In this document: positions 8,563 to 17,459 of the stretch, piece after piece
Numbering within the stretch: position 1 is the stretch's first letter
How the letters are laid out: each line of letters opens with the position of its first letter
NCBI GenBank assembly: GCA_017935065.1
Contig: JAGBIF010000019.1
Coordinates: forward strand, 64,985 to 128,984
Origin: Clostridia bacterium
GTDB lineage: Bacteria; Bacillota; Clostridia; Oscillospirales; CAG-272
Direction of reading: 5' to 3'
Length of the DNA: 64,000 nucleotides
The notes under the pieces: generated by a model
What the model was told of the DNA's origin: nothing
Databases searched by the model: none
The model's input: only the letters and a program-made list of their open reading frames with translations
Translations under genes and position numbers: made by a program

Positions 8563-11500
8563 ATGAAAAAAGCATTAGTACTTATCCTAGCGCTTATCCT
8601 TGCGGTTGCGGGAATGCTTTCTTTAAGCTCGTGTGAGCTTGAGGATTTTTTGGGTTCTGCGACAAAGTTTGAGATAAGCTTCGTCGTAGACGGTCAGGTC
8701 TACGACACGGTTAAAACAAGTGGCAATGAAACTATCAGCATGCCTGAAAATCCCACCAAGGAAGGCTACACCTTTGACGGATGGTATTGGGATGAAGGAA
8801 GCTGGGAAAAGCCATTCACAGCAAATTCGCTGCTTGACGCGCCTATACAGCAAAGCATTAGCGTATATGCAAAATGGCAGACCGTTACCGAGCCTTCGCC
8901 CGATGATAATACACAAGGCGACAATAACGGTGGTACTACTACACCCGACAATAATACTCAAGGCGGTAATAATGGTGGTACTACTACGCCTGACGATAAT
9001 ACGCAAGGCGGTAATAACAGCGGAACTACTGCACCCGATACGCACGTCCACTCCCTTACTTACATCGAAAGGGTCGAAGCCATCAATTGCACTACCGAAG
9101 GCAATATTGAATATTGGCACTGTTCCGGATGCGGCAAGAATTATTCCGATGCAAACGCTGAAAATGAAGTTAGTTCTGTCGTAATACCTGCGGGACACAA
9201 CGCATCTGCATCCTCTGACGTATGCACAAGGTGCGGATTAGTTTCATTCGATGGGTTAGTATTTACCTTACTGAGCGATAGTACTTATGCAGTAACCGAT
9301 TATACGGGAAGCTCAGAAAGCGTAGTAATTCCTGCGACATATGAAAACACTTTAGTTACCGCTATCGGCGAGGATGCGTTTAGTGGTTGCAGCTCGCTTA
9401 CAAGTATTAGTATCCCGAATAGCGTAACATCTATTGGCTCAGATGCGTTCGATGGTTGCATATCGCTTAACTTTAATACGTATGATAACGCATATTATCT
9501 TGGTAATGACGAAAACCTCTACTTATTCCTTGTAGAAGCTAAGGATACTTCTATAACTGCTTGTACTATCAATAGTAATACCAGATTTATATTTTCTTCC
9601 GCGTTCTATAATTGCACCTCGCTTACGAGCATAACGATCCCGAACAGCGTAACCTCTATCGGCGAGGGTGCGTTCTATAAATGCACAGCACTAACCGAAA
9701 TCAATTTCAATGCAACCGCGATGAATGATTTGTCATCTTATAACTTTGTATTCTATAAAGCAGGACGAAATGGTAGCGGTATTAAGGTAACGATAGGAAA
9801 GAATGTAACAAAGATACCTGCATATTTGTTCTGTGTTGGTCGTTATAGTAGCTCCGATTCTCCTAAGATTACAAGCGTAGAATTTGAAGAGGGTAGCGTT
9901 TGTACCTCTATCGAAAAAAGTGCGTTCAATGGTTGCAGCTCGCTTGCGAGTATAACAATCCCGAACGGAGTAACCTCTATCGGTGATTATGCGTTCGTTA
10001 ATTGCGACTCGCTTACGAGCATAACTATCCCGAACAGCGTAACATCTATTGGCTCAGATGCGTTCGATGGTTGCAGATCGCTTAACTTTAATACATATGA
10101 TAACGCATATTATCTTGGCAATACTGATAACCCCTATTTAGTACTTGTAAAAGCCAAGGATACTTCGATAACGTCTTGTACCATAAACAGTAATACCAGA
10201 TTTATTCGTTCTCATGCGTTCGATGGTTGCGCCTCGCTTACAAGTATAACTGTGGACTCGGCTAATACAGCATATAAATCATTGGATGGAAATCTTTATA
10301 CTAAAGACGGTTCTACTCTTATACAGTACGCAATAGGAAAGAGTGATACGTCATTTACCATCCCGAACAGTGTAACCACAATCGGCGAGGGTGCGTTTTC
10401 TGATTGTAGCTCGCTTGCGAGCATAACCATCCCGAACAGTGTAACTTCAATCGGCGATGGTGCGTTCGCGAGTTGCAGCTCGCTTACGAGTGTAACGATA
10501 GGAAGCAGCGTAACCACAATCGGCTCTTATGCGTTCGGATATTGCACCTCACTTACAAGCATAACCATCCCGAACAGCGTAACCTCTATCGGCGAGGGTG
10601 CGTTCTATGGTTGTAGCGCACTTACGAGTGTAACGATAGGAAGCGGAGTAACCACAATCGGCAATTCTGCGTTCAATGGTTGCTACAAGCTTGTCGAGGT
10701 ATACAACCTTTCAAGTCTTAATATCACTAAGGGTAGCACATCTTGCGGCTACGTAGGCTGTTACGCTCTTGATATTTATACCTCAGCAACGGATGCAAGT
10801 AAGCTTCATACCACCTCTGACGGATATATATTCTATGAAGACGGAAACATCGTATATTTGGTAGGATATACAGCGAACAGCACTACTATTATTCTTCCCG
10901 ATGAATACAACGGTAAGAATTATGCTATTAATGAATATGCGCTCTATGGCTGCACCTCGCTTACGAGTGTAACGATAGGAAGTGGCGTAACCTCAATCGG
11001 CAATAATGCGTTCAAGGGTTGCACAGCACTAACCGAAATCAAATTCAACGCAACCGCGATGAATGATTTGTCCTATTCTAATTATGTATTCGCATCTGCA
11101 GGACAAAGCGGTAGCGGTATCAAGGTAACGATAGGAAAGAACGTAACTAAGATACCTGCATATTTGTTCTATACTCCTAATAGTTCCTACACGCCCAAGA
11201 TCACAAGCGTAGAATTTGAAGAGGGTAGCGCTTGTACCTCTATCGGCTCTTTTGCGTTCAATCATTGCACCTCGCTTACGAGCATAACTATAGGCAGCAA
11301 CGTAACCTCGATCGGCTCTTATGCGTTCTATAATTGCACAGCACTAACCGAAATCAATTTAAACGCAACCGCTATGAATGATTTGCCACATGATAACCTT
11401 GTATTCTCTTATGCAGGACAAAGCGGCAGCGGTATCAAGGTAACTATAGGTAAGAACGTAACTAAGATACCTGCTTATTTGTTCGATCCTTATAGTAGTA

Positions 11501-14500
11501 GCTCCTACGCTCCTAAGATTACAAGCATAGAATTTGAAGAGGGTAGCGTTTGTACCTCAATCGAAAAATGTGCATTCGCGATTTGCACCTCGCTTGAGAG
11601 CATAACCATCCCGAGTAGCGTAACCACAATCGGCGATTATGCGTTCTATGATTGCACAGCACTTACCGAAATCAATTTCAATGCAACCGCGATGAATGAT
11701 TTGTCCTATGGCAATTCTGTATTCTATAATTCGGGACATAGCGGTAGCGGTATTAAGGTAACGATAGGAAAGAACGTAACTAAGATACCTGCATATTTGT
11801 TCTGTCCTGGCAACAAACCTAAGATTACAAGCGTAGAGTTTGAAGAGGGCAGTGTTTGTACCGCTATCGGCGAGGGTGCGTTCTATGGTTGTAGCTCGCT
11901 TACGAGTATCATTATCCCGAACAGCGTTACCTCCATCGGAAATTCTGCGTTCTATAACTGCACAGCACTAACCGAAATCAATTTCAACGCAACCGCAATG
12001 AATGATTTGTCCTCTTCTAACCGTGTATTCTCTTATGCAGGACAAAGCGGCAGCGGTATTAAGGTAACGATAGCTAAGAACGTAACTAAGATACCTGCAT
12101 ATTTGTTCGCGTCGGCTTCCAAGATTACAAGCGTAGAATTTGAAGAGGGTAGCGTTTGTACCTCTATCGGCGAGGGTGCGTTCAAGTATTGTACCTCACT
12201 TACGAATATTACTATCCCGAACAGCGCAACCTCTATCGGTGAGGATGCGTTCAATGATTGCACCTCGCTTACGAGTATTACTATCCCGAGTAGCGTTACC
12301 TCTATCGGAGATTCTGCGTTCGAGGATTGCTACAAGTTTGTCGAGGTATATAATCTATCGAGCCTTGATATAACTAAGGGTAGCTCATCTAACGGTTACG
12401 TAGGCCGTTACGCACTTGATATTTATACTTCAGCAACGGCTACAAGCAAGCTTCATACAACGAGCGACGGATATATATTCTATGAGGACGGAGATACCGT
12501 ATATTTGTTAGGATATACAGGAAATAGCACCACGCTTACTCTTCCCGATAATTATAACGGTAAGAGTTATGCTATTTACAAATATGCTTTCTGTTATAAC
12601 GATAAGATTACTAGCGTTACAATCCCGAATAGCGTTACCTCTATCGGAGATTCTGCGTTCTATGGTTGCACCTCGCTTACGAGTGTGACAATAGGTAGCG
12701 GTGTTACCTCTATCGGCTCTTCTGCGTTCTATTATTGCAGCTCGCTTACGAGTATAACTATCCCGAGTAGCGTTACCTCTATCGGCTCTTATGCGTTCTA
12801 TGATTGCACCTCGCTTAACTTTAATACATATGATAACGCATATTATCTTGGAAATAATGAGAATCCGTATTTAGTACTTGTAAAAGCTAAGAATACTTCT
12901 ATAACGTCTTGTGCTATAAATAGTAATACAAGATTTATACATTCTTATGCGTTCTATAATTGCACCTCGCTTACAAGTATCACAATCCCGAGTAGTGTAA
13001 CCTCTATCGGCTCTTCTGCGTTCTCTGCTTGCACCTCACTTACGAGTATAACTATCCCGAATGGCGTTACCTCTATCGGTTATTATGCGTTCTATAACTG
13101 CACAGCACTAACCGAAATCAATTTCAACGCAACCGCGATGAATGATTTGTCCGATGATAACTATGTATTCTATAAAGCAGGACAAAGCGGTAGCGGTATT
13201 AAGGTAACTATCGGTAAGAACGTAACTAAGATACCTGCATATTTGTTCTATCCTTATAACGACAGCTCTTACGCTCCCAAAATTACGAGCGTAGAATTTG
13301 AAGAGGGAAGCGTTTGTACCTCAATCGGCAACTATGCGTTCAAGTATTGCACCTCGCTTACGAGTATTACTATCCCGAGTAGCGTAACCACAATCGGCAA
13401 TAATGCGTTCTATGATTGCACCTCGCTTACGAGTGTGACATTTGCCGAGGGCAGTCAGCTTACCTCTATCGGCAATAGTGCATTCTGGGGTTGCAACTCG
13501 CTTACGAGTATTACTATCCCGAGTAGCGTTACCTCTGTCGGTGATTATGCGTTCCGTGGTTGCACCTCGCTCACGAGTATTACTATCCCGAATAGCGTTA
13601 CCTCTATCGGCTCTTCTGCGTTCTATAACTGCACAGCACTAACCGAAATCAATTTCAACGCAACCGCGATGAATGATTTGTCCTCTTCTAACCATGTATT
13701 CTATTATGCAGGACAAAGCGGTAGCGGTATCAAGGTAACTATCGGTAAGAACGTAACTAAGATACCTGCTTATTTGTTCTGTCCTGCTGGTAGTACTTCC
13801 TACGCTCCTAAGATTACAAGCGTAGAGTTTGAAGAGGGTAGTGTTTGTACCTCTATCGGATATTCTGCGTTCCGTGGTTGCGGCTCGCTTACGAGTATAA
13901 CTATCCCGAACAGCGTTACCTCCATCGGCGATTATGCGTTCTATGATTGCACCTCGCTTGCGAGTGTGACAATAGGTAGCAGCGTTACCTCTATCGGCAC
14001 TTCTGCGTTCCGTGATTGCAACTCGCTTACGAGTATTACTATCCCGAGTAGCGTTACCTCCATCGGCGATTATGCGTTCCGTGATTGCAACTCGCTTACG
14101 AGTATTACTATCCCGAGTAGCGTTACCTCCATCGGCGATTATGCGTTCGATGATTGTAGCTCGCTTACGAGTGTGACAATAGGTAGCAGCGTTACCTCTA
14201 TCGGCTCTTATGCATTCTATCGTTGCAGCTCTCTTGATAAGGTATATATATCGGATATAGCTAAGTGGTGTGCTATTAGCTTTGGTAATTCTACTGCTAA
14301 CCCTCTGTATTATGCAAAGAAGCTATATATGGTAGGAAGCGATACACCTATTACTAATCTCGTAATACCCGAGGGAGTTACCTCTATCGGCTCTTATGCG
14401 TTCTATGGTTGCACCTCGCTTACAAGCATCACTATCCCGAATAGCGTTACCTCTATAGGTGATTATGCGTTCTATAGTTGCGACTCGCTTACGAGTGTGA

Positions 14501-15450
14501 CAATAGGTAGCGGCGTTACCTCTATCGGCTCTTCTGCGTTCGACAATTGCTACAAGCTTGTCGAGGTATATAATCTTTCCGGGCTTAATATAACTAAGGG
14601 TAGCTCATCTAACGGCTACGCTGGTTATTACGCGCTTGATATTTATACCTCAGCAACGGCTACAAGCAAGCTTCACACAACGAGCGACGGATATATATTC
14701 TATGAGGACGGAGATACCGTATATTTGTTAGGATATACAGGAAACAGCACTACTCTTACTCTTCCCGATAATTATAACGGTAAGAGTTATACTATTTACA
14801 AATATGCTTTCTACGAGAACGGTAATATTACAAGCGTAACAATCCCAAGTAGCGTTACCTCTATCGGCTCTTATGCGTTCGAGGATTGCAACTCGCTTGA
14901 GAGCGTGACCTTTGCAGAGGGTAGCAAGCTTACCTCTATCGGCAAGAATGCGTTCTATAATTGCACAGCACTAACCGAAATCAATTTCAACGCAACCGCG
15001 ATGAATGATTTGTCCTCTTATAACTATGTATTCTATAAAGCAGGACGAAACGGTAGCGGTATTAAGGTAACGATAGGAAAGAACGTAACTAAGATACCTG
15101 CTTATTTGTTCTGTCCTGCTGGTAGTACTTCCTACGCTCCTAAGATTACAAGCGTAGAGTTTGAAGAGGGTAGTGTTTGTACCTCTATCGGATATTCTGC
15201 GTTCGAGGATTGCACCTCGCTTACAAGTATAACAATCCCGAACAGCGTGACCTCTATCGACGAGGGGGCGTTCGATGGTTGTACCTCTCTTGCGAGTGTA
15301 ACATTTGAGAATGAGAGTGGTTGGTGGTATTCATCATCAAGCGAGGCAACGAGCGGAACGAGCTTTTCGTCGGATGACATTGAGAATACTTCGACTGCGG
15401 CAACTTATCTTACTTCCGATTACGTCAATTATTATTGGAAACGTGGATAA
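8563..15450 (+). CDS. Giant BspA-type leucine-rich-repeat surface lipoprotein (2295 aa)
   Basis: RBS aaaggag lies 8 nt before the ATG at 8563. The signal peptide ends in the lipobox LSSC. An N-terminal Listeria/Bacteroides-type repeat is present (EGYTFDGWYWDEGSWEKPF). Dozens of ~23-aa repeats follow, of the form F..C.SLTSITIP.SVTSIG..AF (LRR_5/BspA pattern). Confidence 0.85.
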   Translation: MKKALVLILALILAVAGMLSLSSCELEDFLGSATKFEISFVVDGQVYDTVKTSGNETISMPENPTKEGYTFDGWYWDEGSWEKPFTANSLLDAPIQQSISVYAKWQTVTEPSPDDNTQGDNNGGTTTPDNNTQGGNNGGTTTPDDNTQGGNNSGTTAPDTHVHSLTYIERVEAINCTTEGNIEYWHCSGCGKNYSDANAENEVSSVVIPAGHNASASSDVCTRCGLVSFDGLVFTLLSDSTYAVTDYTGSSESVVIPATYENTLVTAIGEDAFSGCSSLTSISIPNSVTSIGSDAFDGCISLNFNTYDNAYYLGNDENLYLFLVEAKDTSITACTINSNTRFIFSSAFYNCTSLTSITIPNSVTSIGEGAFYKCTALTEINFNATAMNDLSSYNFVFYKAGRNGSGIKVTIGKNVTKIPAYLFCVGRYSSSDSPKITSVEFEEGSVCTSIEKSAFNGCSSLASITIPNGVTSIGDYAFVNCDSLTSITIPNSVTSIGSDAFDGCRSLNFNTYDNAYYLGNTDNPYLVLVKAKDTSITSCTINSNTRFIRSHAFDGCASLTSITVDSANTAYKSLDGNLYTKDGSTLIQYAIGKSDTSFTIPNSVTTIGEGAFSDCSSLASITIPNSVTSIGDGAFASCSSLTSVTIGSSVTTIGSYAFGYCTSLTSITIPNSVTSIGEGAFYGCSALTSVTIGSGVTTIGNSAFNGCYKLVEVYNLSSLNITKGSTSCGYVGCYALDIYTSATDASKLHTTSDGYIFYEDGNIVYLVGYTANSTTIILPDEYNGKNYAINEYALYGCTSLTSVTIGSGVTSIGNNAFKGCTALTEIKFNATAMNDLSYSNYVFASAGQSGSGIKVTIGKNVTKIPAYLFYTPNSSYTPKITSVEFEEGSACTSIGSFAFNHCTSLTSITIGSNVTSIGSYAFYNCTALTEINLNATAMNDLPHDNLVFSYAGQSGSGIKVTIGKNVTKIPAYLFDPYSSSSYAPKITSIEFEEGSVCTSIEKCAFAICTSLESITIPSSVTTIGDYAFYDCTALTEINFNATAMNDLSYGNSVFYNSGHSGSGIKVTIGKNVTKIPAYLFCPGNKPKITSVEFEEGSVCTAIGEGAFYGCSSLTSIIIPNSVTSIGNSAFYNCTALTEINFNATAMNDLSSSNRVFSYAGQSGSGIKVTIAKNVTKIPAYLFASASKITSVEFEEGSVCTSIGEGAFKYCTSLTNITIPNSATSIGEDAFNDCTSLTSITIPSSVTSIGDSAFEDCYKFVEVYNLSSLDITKGSSSNGYVGRYALDIYTSATATSKLHTTSDGYIFYEDGDTVYLLGYTGNSTTLTLPDNYNGKSYAIYKYAFCYNDKITSVTIPNSVTSIGDSAFYGCTSLTSVTIGSGVTSIGSSAFYYCSSLTSITIPSSVTSIGSYAFYDCTSLNFNTYDNAYYLGNNENPYLVLVKAKNTSITSCAINSNTRFIHSYAFYNCTSLTSITIPSSVTSIGSSAFSACTSLTSITIPNGVTSIGYYAFYNCTALTEINFNATAMNDLSDDNYVFYKAGQSGSGIKVTIGKNVTKIPAYLFYPYNDSSYAPKITSVEFEEGSVCTSIGNYAFKYCTSLTSITIPSSVTTIGNNAFYDCTSLTSVTFAEGSQLTSIGNSAFWGCNSLTSITIPSSVTSVGDYAFRGCTSLTSITIPNSVTSIGSSAFYNCTALTEINFNATAMNDLSSSNHVFYYAGQSGSGIKVTIGKNVTKIPAYLFCPAGSTSYAPKITSVEFEEGSVCTSIGYSAFRGCGSLTSITIPNSVTSIGDYAFYDCTSLASVTIGSSVTSIGTSAFRDCNSLTSITIPSSVTSIGDYAFRDCNSLTSITIPSSVTSIGDYAFDDCSSLTSVTIGSSVTSIGSYAFYRCSSLDKVYISDIAKWCAISFGNSTANPLYYAKKLYMVGSDTPITNLVIPEGVTSIGSYAFYGCTSLTSITIPNSVTSIGDYAFYSCDSLTSVTIGSGVTSIGSSAFDNCYKLVEVYNLSGLNITKGSSSNGYAGYYALDIYTSATATSKLHTTSDGYIFYEDGDTVYLLGYTGNSTTLTLPDNYNGKSYTIYKYAFYENGNITSVTIPSSVTSIGSYAFEDCNSLESVTFAEGSKLTSIGKNAFYNCTALTEINFNATAMNDLSSYNYVFYKAGRNGSGIKVTIGKNVTKIPAYLFCPAGSTSYAPKITSVEFEEGSVCTSIGYSAFEDCTSLTSITIPNSVTSIDEGAFDGCTSLASVTFENESGWWYSSSSEATSGTSFSSDDIENTSTAATYLTSDYVNYYWKRG
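8905..9039 (+). repeat. 3 x 45-nt in-frame tandem repeat encoding an Asn/Gly/Thr-rich linker
   Basis: The units encode DNTQGDNNGGTTTPD, NNTQGGNNGGTTTPD and DNTQGGNNSGTTAPD, read directly from the sequence. Confidence 0.9.
13747..13872 (+). repeat. Intragenic 126-nt segment identical to 15079..15204
   Basis: Base-by-base comparison of the two segments (aagaacgtaactaagatacc...ggatattctgcgttc) showed no mismatch. Confidence 0.85.
15079..15204 (+). repeat. Second copy of the 126-nt identical intragenic segment
   Basis: Identical to 13747..13872 at an offset of 1332 nt, which is in frame. Confidence 0.85.
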
Positions 15451-15485
15451 TGTTAATAATTGTTAGCAGGATTTGGGCTTAAATG

Positions 15486-15518
15486 ATGTGCCGAGCGATT
15501 TTTCGCTCGGCACATTTT
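15486..15518 (+). terminator. Rho-independent terminator of the LRR gene
   Basis: Perfect 13-bp stem atgtgccgagcga / tcgctcggcacat with a tttt loop and a trailing T-run. Confidence 0.8.
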
Positions 15519-15559
15519 CGTGTGGTTTTATAAATTAGGATAGATGGATAGAAAGCAAA

Positions 15560-15598
15560 AAGAACACCCAAGCGAGCTTGAGGTGTTCTTTTGTTTTT
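15560..15598 (+). terminator. Second, tandem terminator-like hairpin
   Basis: Stem aagaacacc / ggtgttctt followed by ttgttttt. Confidence 0.5.
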
Positions 15599-15660
15599 GG
15601 GCTTGATATAAAACACAGGCGGCAAAACGCGGGCTGTATTGCGTTTTGCGAAAATTTACA

Positions 15661-15689
15661 GTAGGGCGGGGGTTCTACTCCCGCCCTAC
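15661..15689. repeat. REP-like GC-rich palindrome (gtagggcggg-N9-cccgccctac)
   Basis: Perfect 10-bp arms. A half copy (cccgccctacg) lies at ~15702. An inverted near-copy lies at 63919-63949. Confidence 0.75.
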
Positions 15690-15744
15690 GGATGACATTT
15701 TCCCGCCCTACGATGCACCACTTCACTGCTGTTTATAGTTTAGA

Positions 15745-15945
15745 GTTATGATTTTGGCAAAGCCAAAAGTTATGAGATGCTTTCGCATCGTTATGATATG
15801 ATTTCCTGACGGCAGGAGTAAACCCCTGCCCTACAACGCGACGAAATCGCTCATAACTGCTCACCTTGGTGAGCATCATAACTTGGCATCGCCAATCATA
15901 GTTTTCCGTCAGGGAATCATAGTTGCGAGCTACGCTTAGCTCCGC
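15745..15945. repeat. Symmetric word + hairpin array: 3 x GTTATGA, then 2 x TCATAAC and 2 x TCATAGT, each followed by a small hairpin
   Basis: Forward words lie at 15745, 15769 and 15790. Reverse-complement words lie at 15851 and 15876, and variant words at 15896 and 15917. Interleaved hairpins include ttttggc-aaa-gccaaaa, gatgc-tttc-gcatc, tgctcacc-tt-ggtgagca and ttggc-atc-gccaa. Confidence 0.8.
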
Positions 15946-15948
15946 TCA

Positions 15949-16659
15949 TCAGCCGCCGAGGTAGGCTTTGCGGACGGACTCGTCGGAAAGAAGCTCCTTG
16001 CCTGTGCCTGTTTTGGTCATTTTTCCTATTTCAAGCACGTAGGCTCTATCGGCTATGGAGAGAGCCTTTTTCGCGTTCTGCTCAACGAGAAGAACGGTTG
16101 TGCCGAGCTTATTTACCGTCTTTATCATCTCAAAGATGGTATTTACGTAAAGAGGCGAAAGTCCCATGCTGGGCTCGTCAAGCAGAAGAAGCTTTGGGCT
16201 TGACATAAGCGCGCGGCTCATTGCGAGCATCTGTTGCTCACCGCCCGAAAGGGTACCTGCTATCTGATTCTTACGCTCGGCAAGTATTGGGAAGTGCGAA
16301 TACATTTCCTCAAGCCTTGCGTTAAGCTCTACGGGGTCCTTTTTGGTGTAGTAGCCGAGCTTAAGGTTTTCAAAAACGGTAAGCTCCTGGAAAATGCGTC
16401 TTCCCTCGGGTACCTGCGCGATACCGAGAGTAACGAGCTTATGCGCGGGGATATTGGTGATATCATTGCCGTCAAAGGTGACGGTGCCGCCGCTTTTTCC
16501 GATAAGGCAGTTGAGCGCGTGCATGGTAGTGGTTTTACCCGCGCCGTTAGCACCGATAAGCGCGACTATCTCGCCCTCGTTCACCTCAAAGGATATGCCC
16601 TTGATTGCCTTGATAAGTCCGTAATTAACCTCAAGGTCCTTTACTTCAAGAAGTGCCAT
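15949..16659 (-). CDS. livF: Branched-chain amino acid ABC transporter ATP-binding protein
   Basis: Start [14 protein letters not shown] is preceded by aaggaggga. Walker A GANGAGKTT, signature LSGGEQQ and Walker B LLLLDEPS are present. Confidence 0.88.
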   Translation of the reverse strand: MALLEVKDLEVNYGLIKAIKGISFEVNEGEIVALIGANGAGKTTTMHALNCLIGKSGGTVTFDGNDITNIPAHKLVTLGIAQVPEGRRIFQELTVFENLKLGYYTKKDPVELNARLEEMYSHFPILAERKNQIAGTLSGGEQQMLAMSRALMSSPKLLLLDEPSMGLSPLYVNTIFEMIKTVNKLGTTVLLVEQNAKKALSIADRAYVLEIGKMTKTGTGKELLSDESVRKAYLGG

Positions 16660-16672
16660 ATTATCTCCCTCC

Positions 16673-17449
16673 TTATTCATCATCACCGAGGTATGCTCTG
16701 ATAACCTCGGGGTTGGAGAGCGCATCCTCGGTCTTGCCCTCTGCAAGGGTAGTACCGAAGTTAAGTACGGTTACGTTATCGCAAACGCCCGTAACGAGGC
16801 TCATATCGTGCTCGATAAGAAGAACCGTCATATCAAAGTTGTCGCGGATAAATCTTATCGTCTGCATAAGCTCCTCGGTCTCGTGGGGGTTCATTCCCGC
16901 GGCGGGCTCGTCAAGCAGAAGAAGCTTCGGTCTTGTCGCAAGCGCTCTCGCAATCTCAAGCTTTCTCTGCTTTCCGTAAGGAAGGTTGAAGGCGAAGTTG
17001 TTTCTGTCCTCAAGAAGTCCGAAGATCTCAAGAAGCTTCTTTGCCTCCTGTCTCATAGCACGCTCGGCTCTGTAATAGCCTGGAAGCCTCAGAACGGTGG
17101 TGAGAGGATTGCATTTGAACTCGGGAAGGTTGTGAAGTCCTACCATAACATTCCTTATAACCGTCATATTGTTGAAAAGACGTATGTTCTGGAAGGTACG
17201 CGCAATTCCCTTGTGGTTTATCGCCTCCTGGCTCAAGCCCCTAAGCTCCTCACCGTTTAAGTAGAAGGTGCCCGTGGTGGGCTGATAAACGCCCGTGAGC
17301 ATATTGAATACGGTGGTCTTTCCCGCACCGTTGGGGCCGATAAGTCCGTATATCTCGTTTTTCTTTATCTTAAGGTTTACGTCCTGCGCCGCCTTAAGTC
17401 CGCCGAAGGATATGCCGAGATTTTTAGTTTCAAGTACGTATTCTGACAT
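16673..17449 (-). CDS. livG: Branched-chain amino acid ABC transporter ATP-binding protein
   Basis: Start MSEYVLETKNLGISFGG follows the RBS aaggagga. Walker A GPNGAGKTT and Walker B LLLLDEPAAG are present, and the BCAA-type C-terminus ends in AYLG. Confidence 0.88.
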   Translation of the reverse strand: MSEYVLETKNLGISFGGLKAAQDVNLKIKKNEIYGLIGPNGAGKTTVFNMLTGVYQPTTGTFYLNGEELRGLSQEAINHKGIARTFQNIRLFNNMTVIRNVMVGLHNLPEFKCNPLTTVLRLPGYYRAERAMRQEAKKLLEIFGLLEDRNNFAFNLPYGKQRKLEIARALATRPKLLLLDEPAAGMNPHETEELMQTIRFIRDNFDMTVLLIEHDMSLVTGVCDNVTVLNFGTTLAEGKTEDALSNPEVIRAYLGDDE

Positions 17450-17459
17450 AATATCCTCC

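Noticed and set aside
8563-15450. Highly periodic DNA repeats that could be mistaken for a CRISPR array or a tandem satellite
   Set aside because: The repeats are in frame within one uninterrupted 2295-codon ORF and encode BspA-type LRR units. Their spacing is variable, there is no repeat-spacer alternation, and no cas genes are present in the window.
15535-15726. 63-aa ORF (minus strand) between the LRR gene and livF
   Set aside because: It runs through terminator hairpins and the REP-like palindrome, and it has no RBS.
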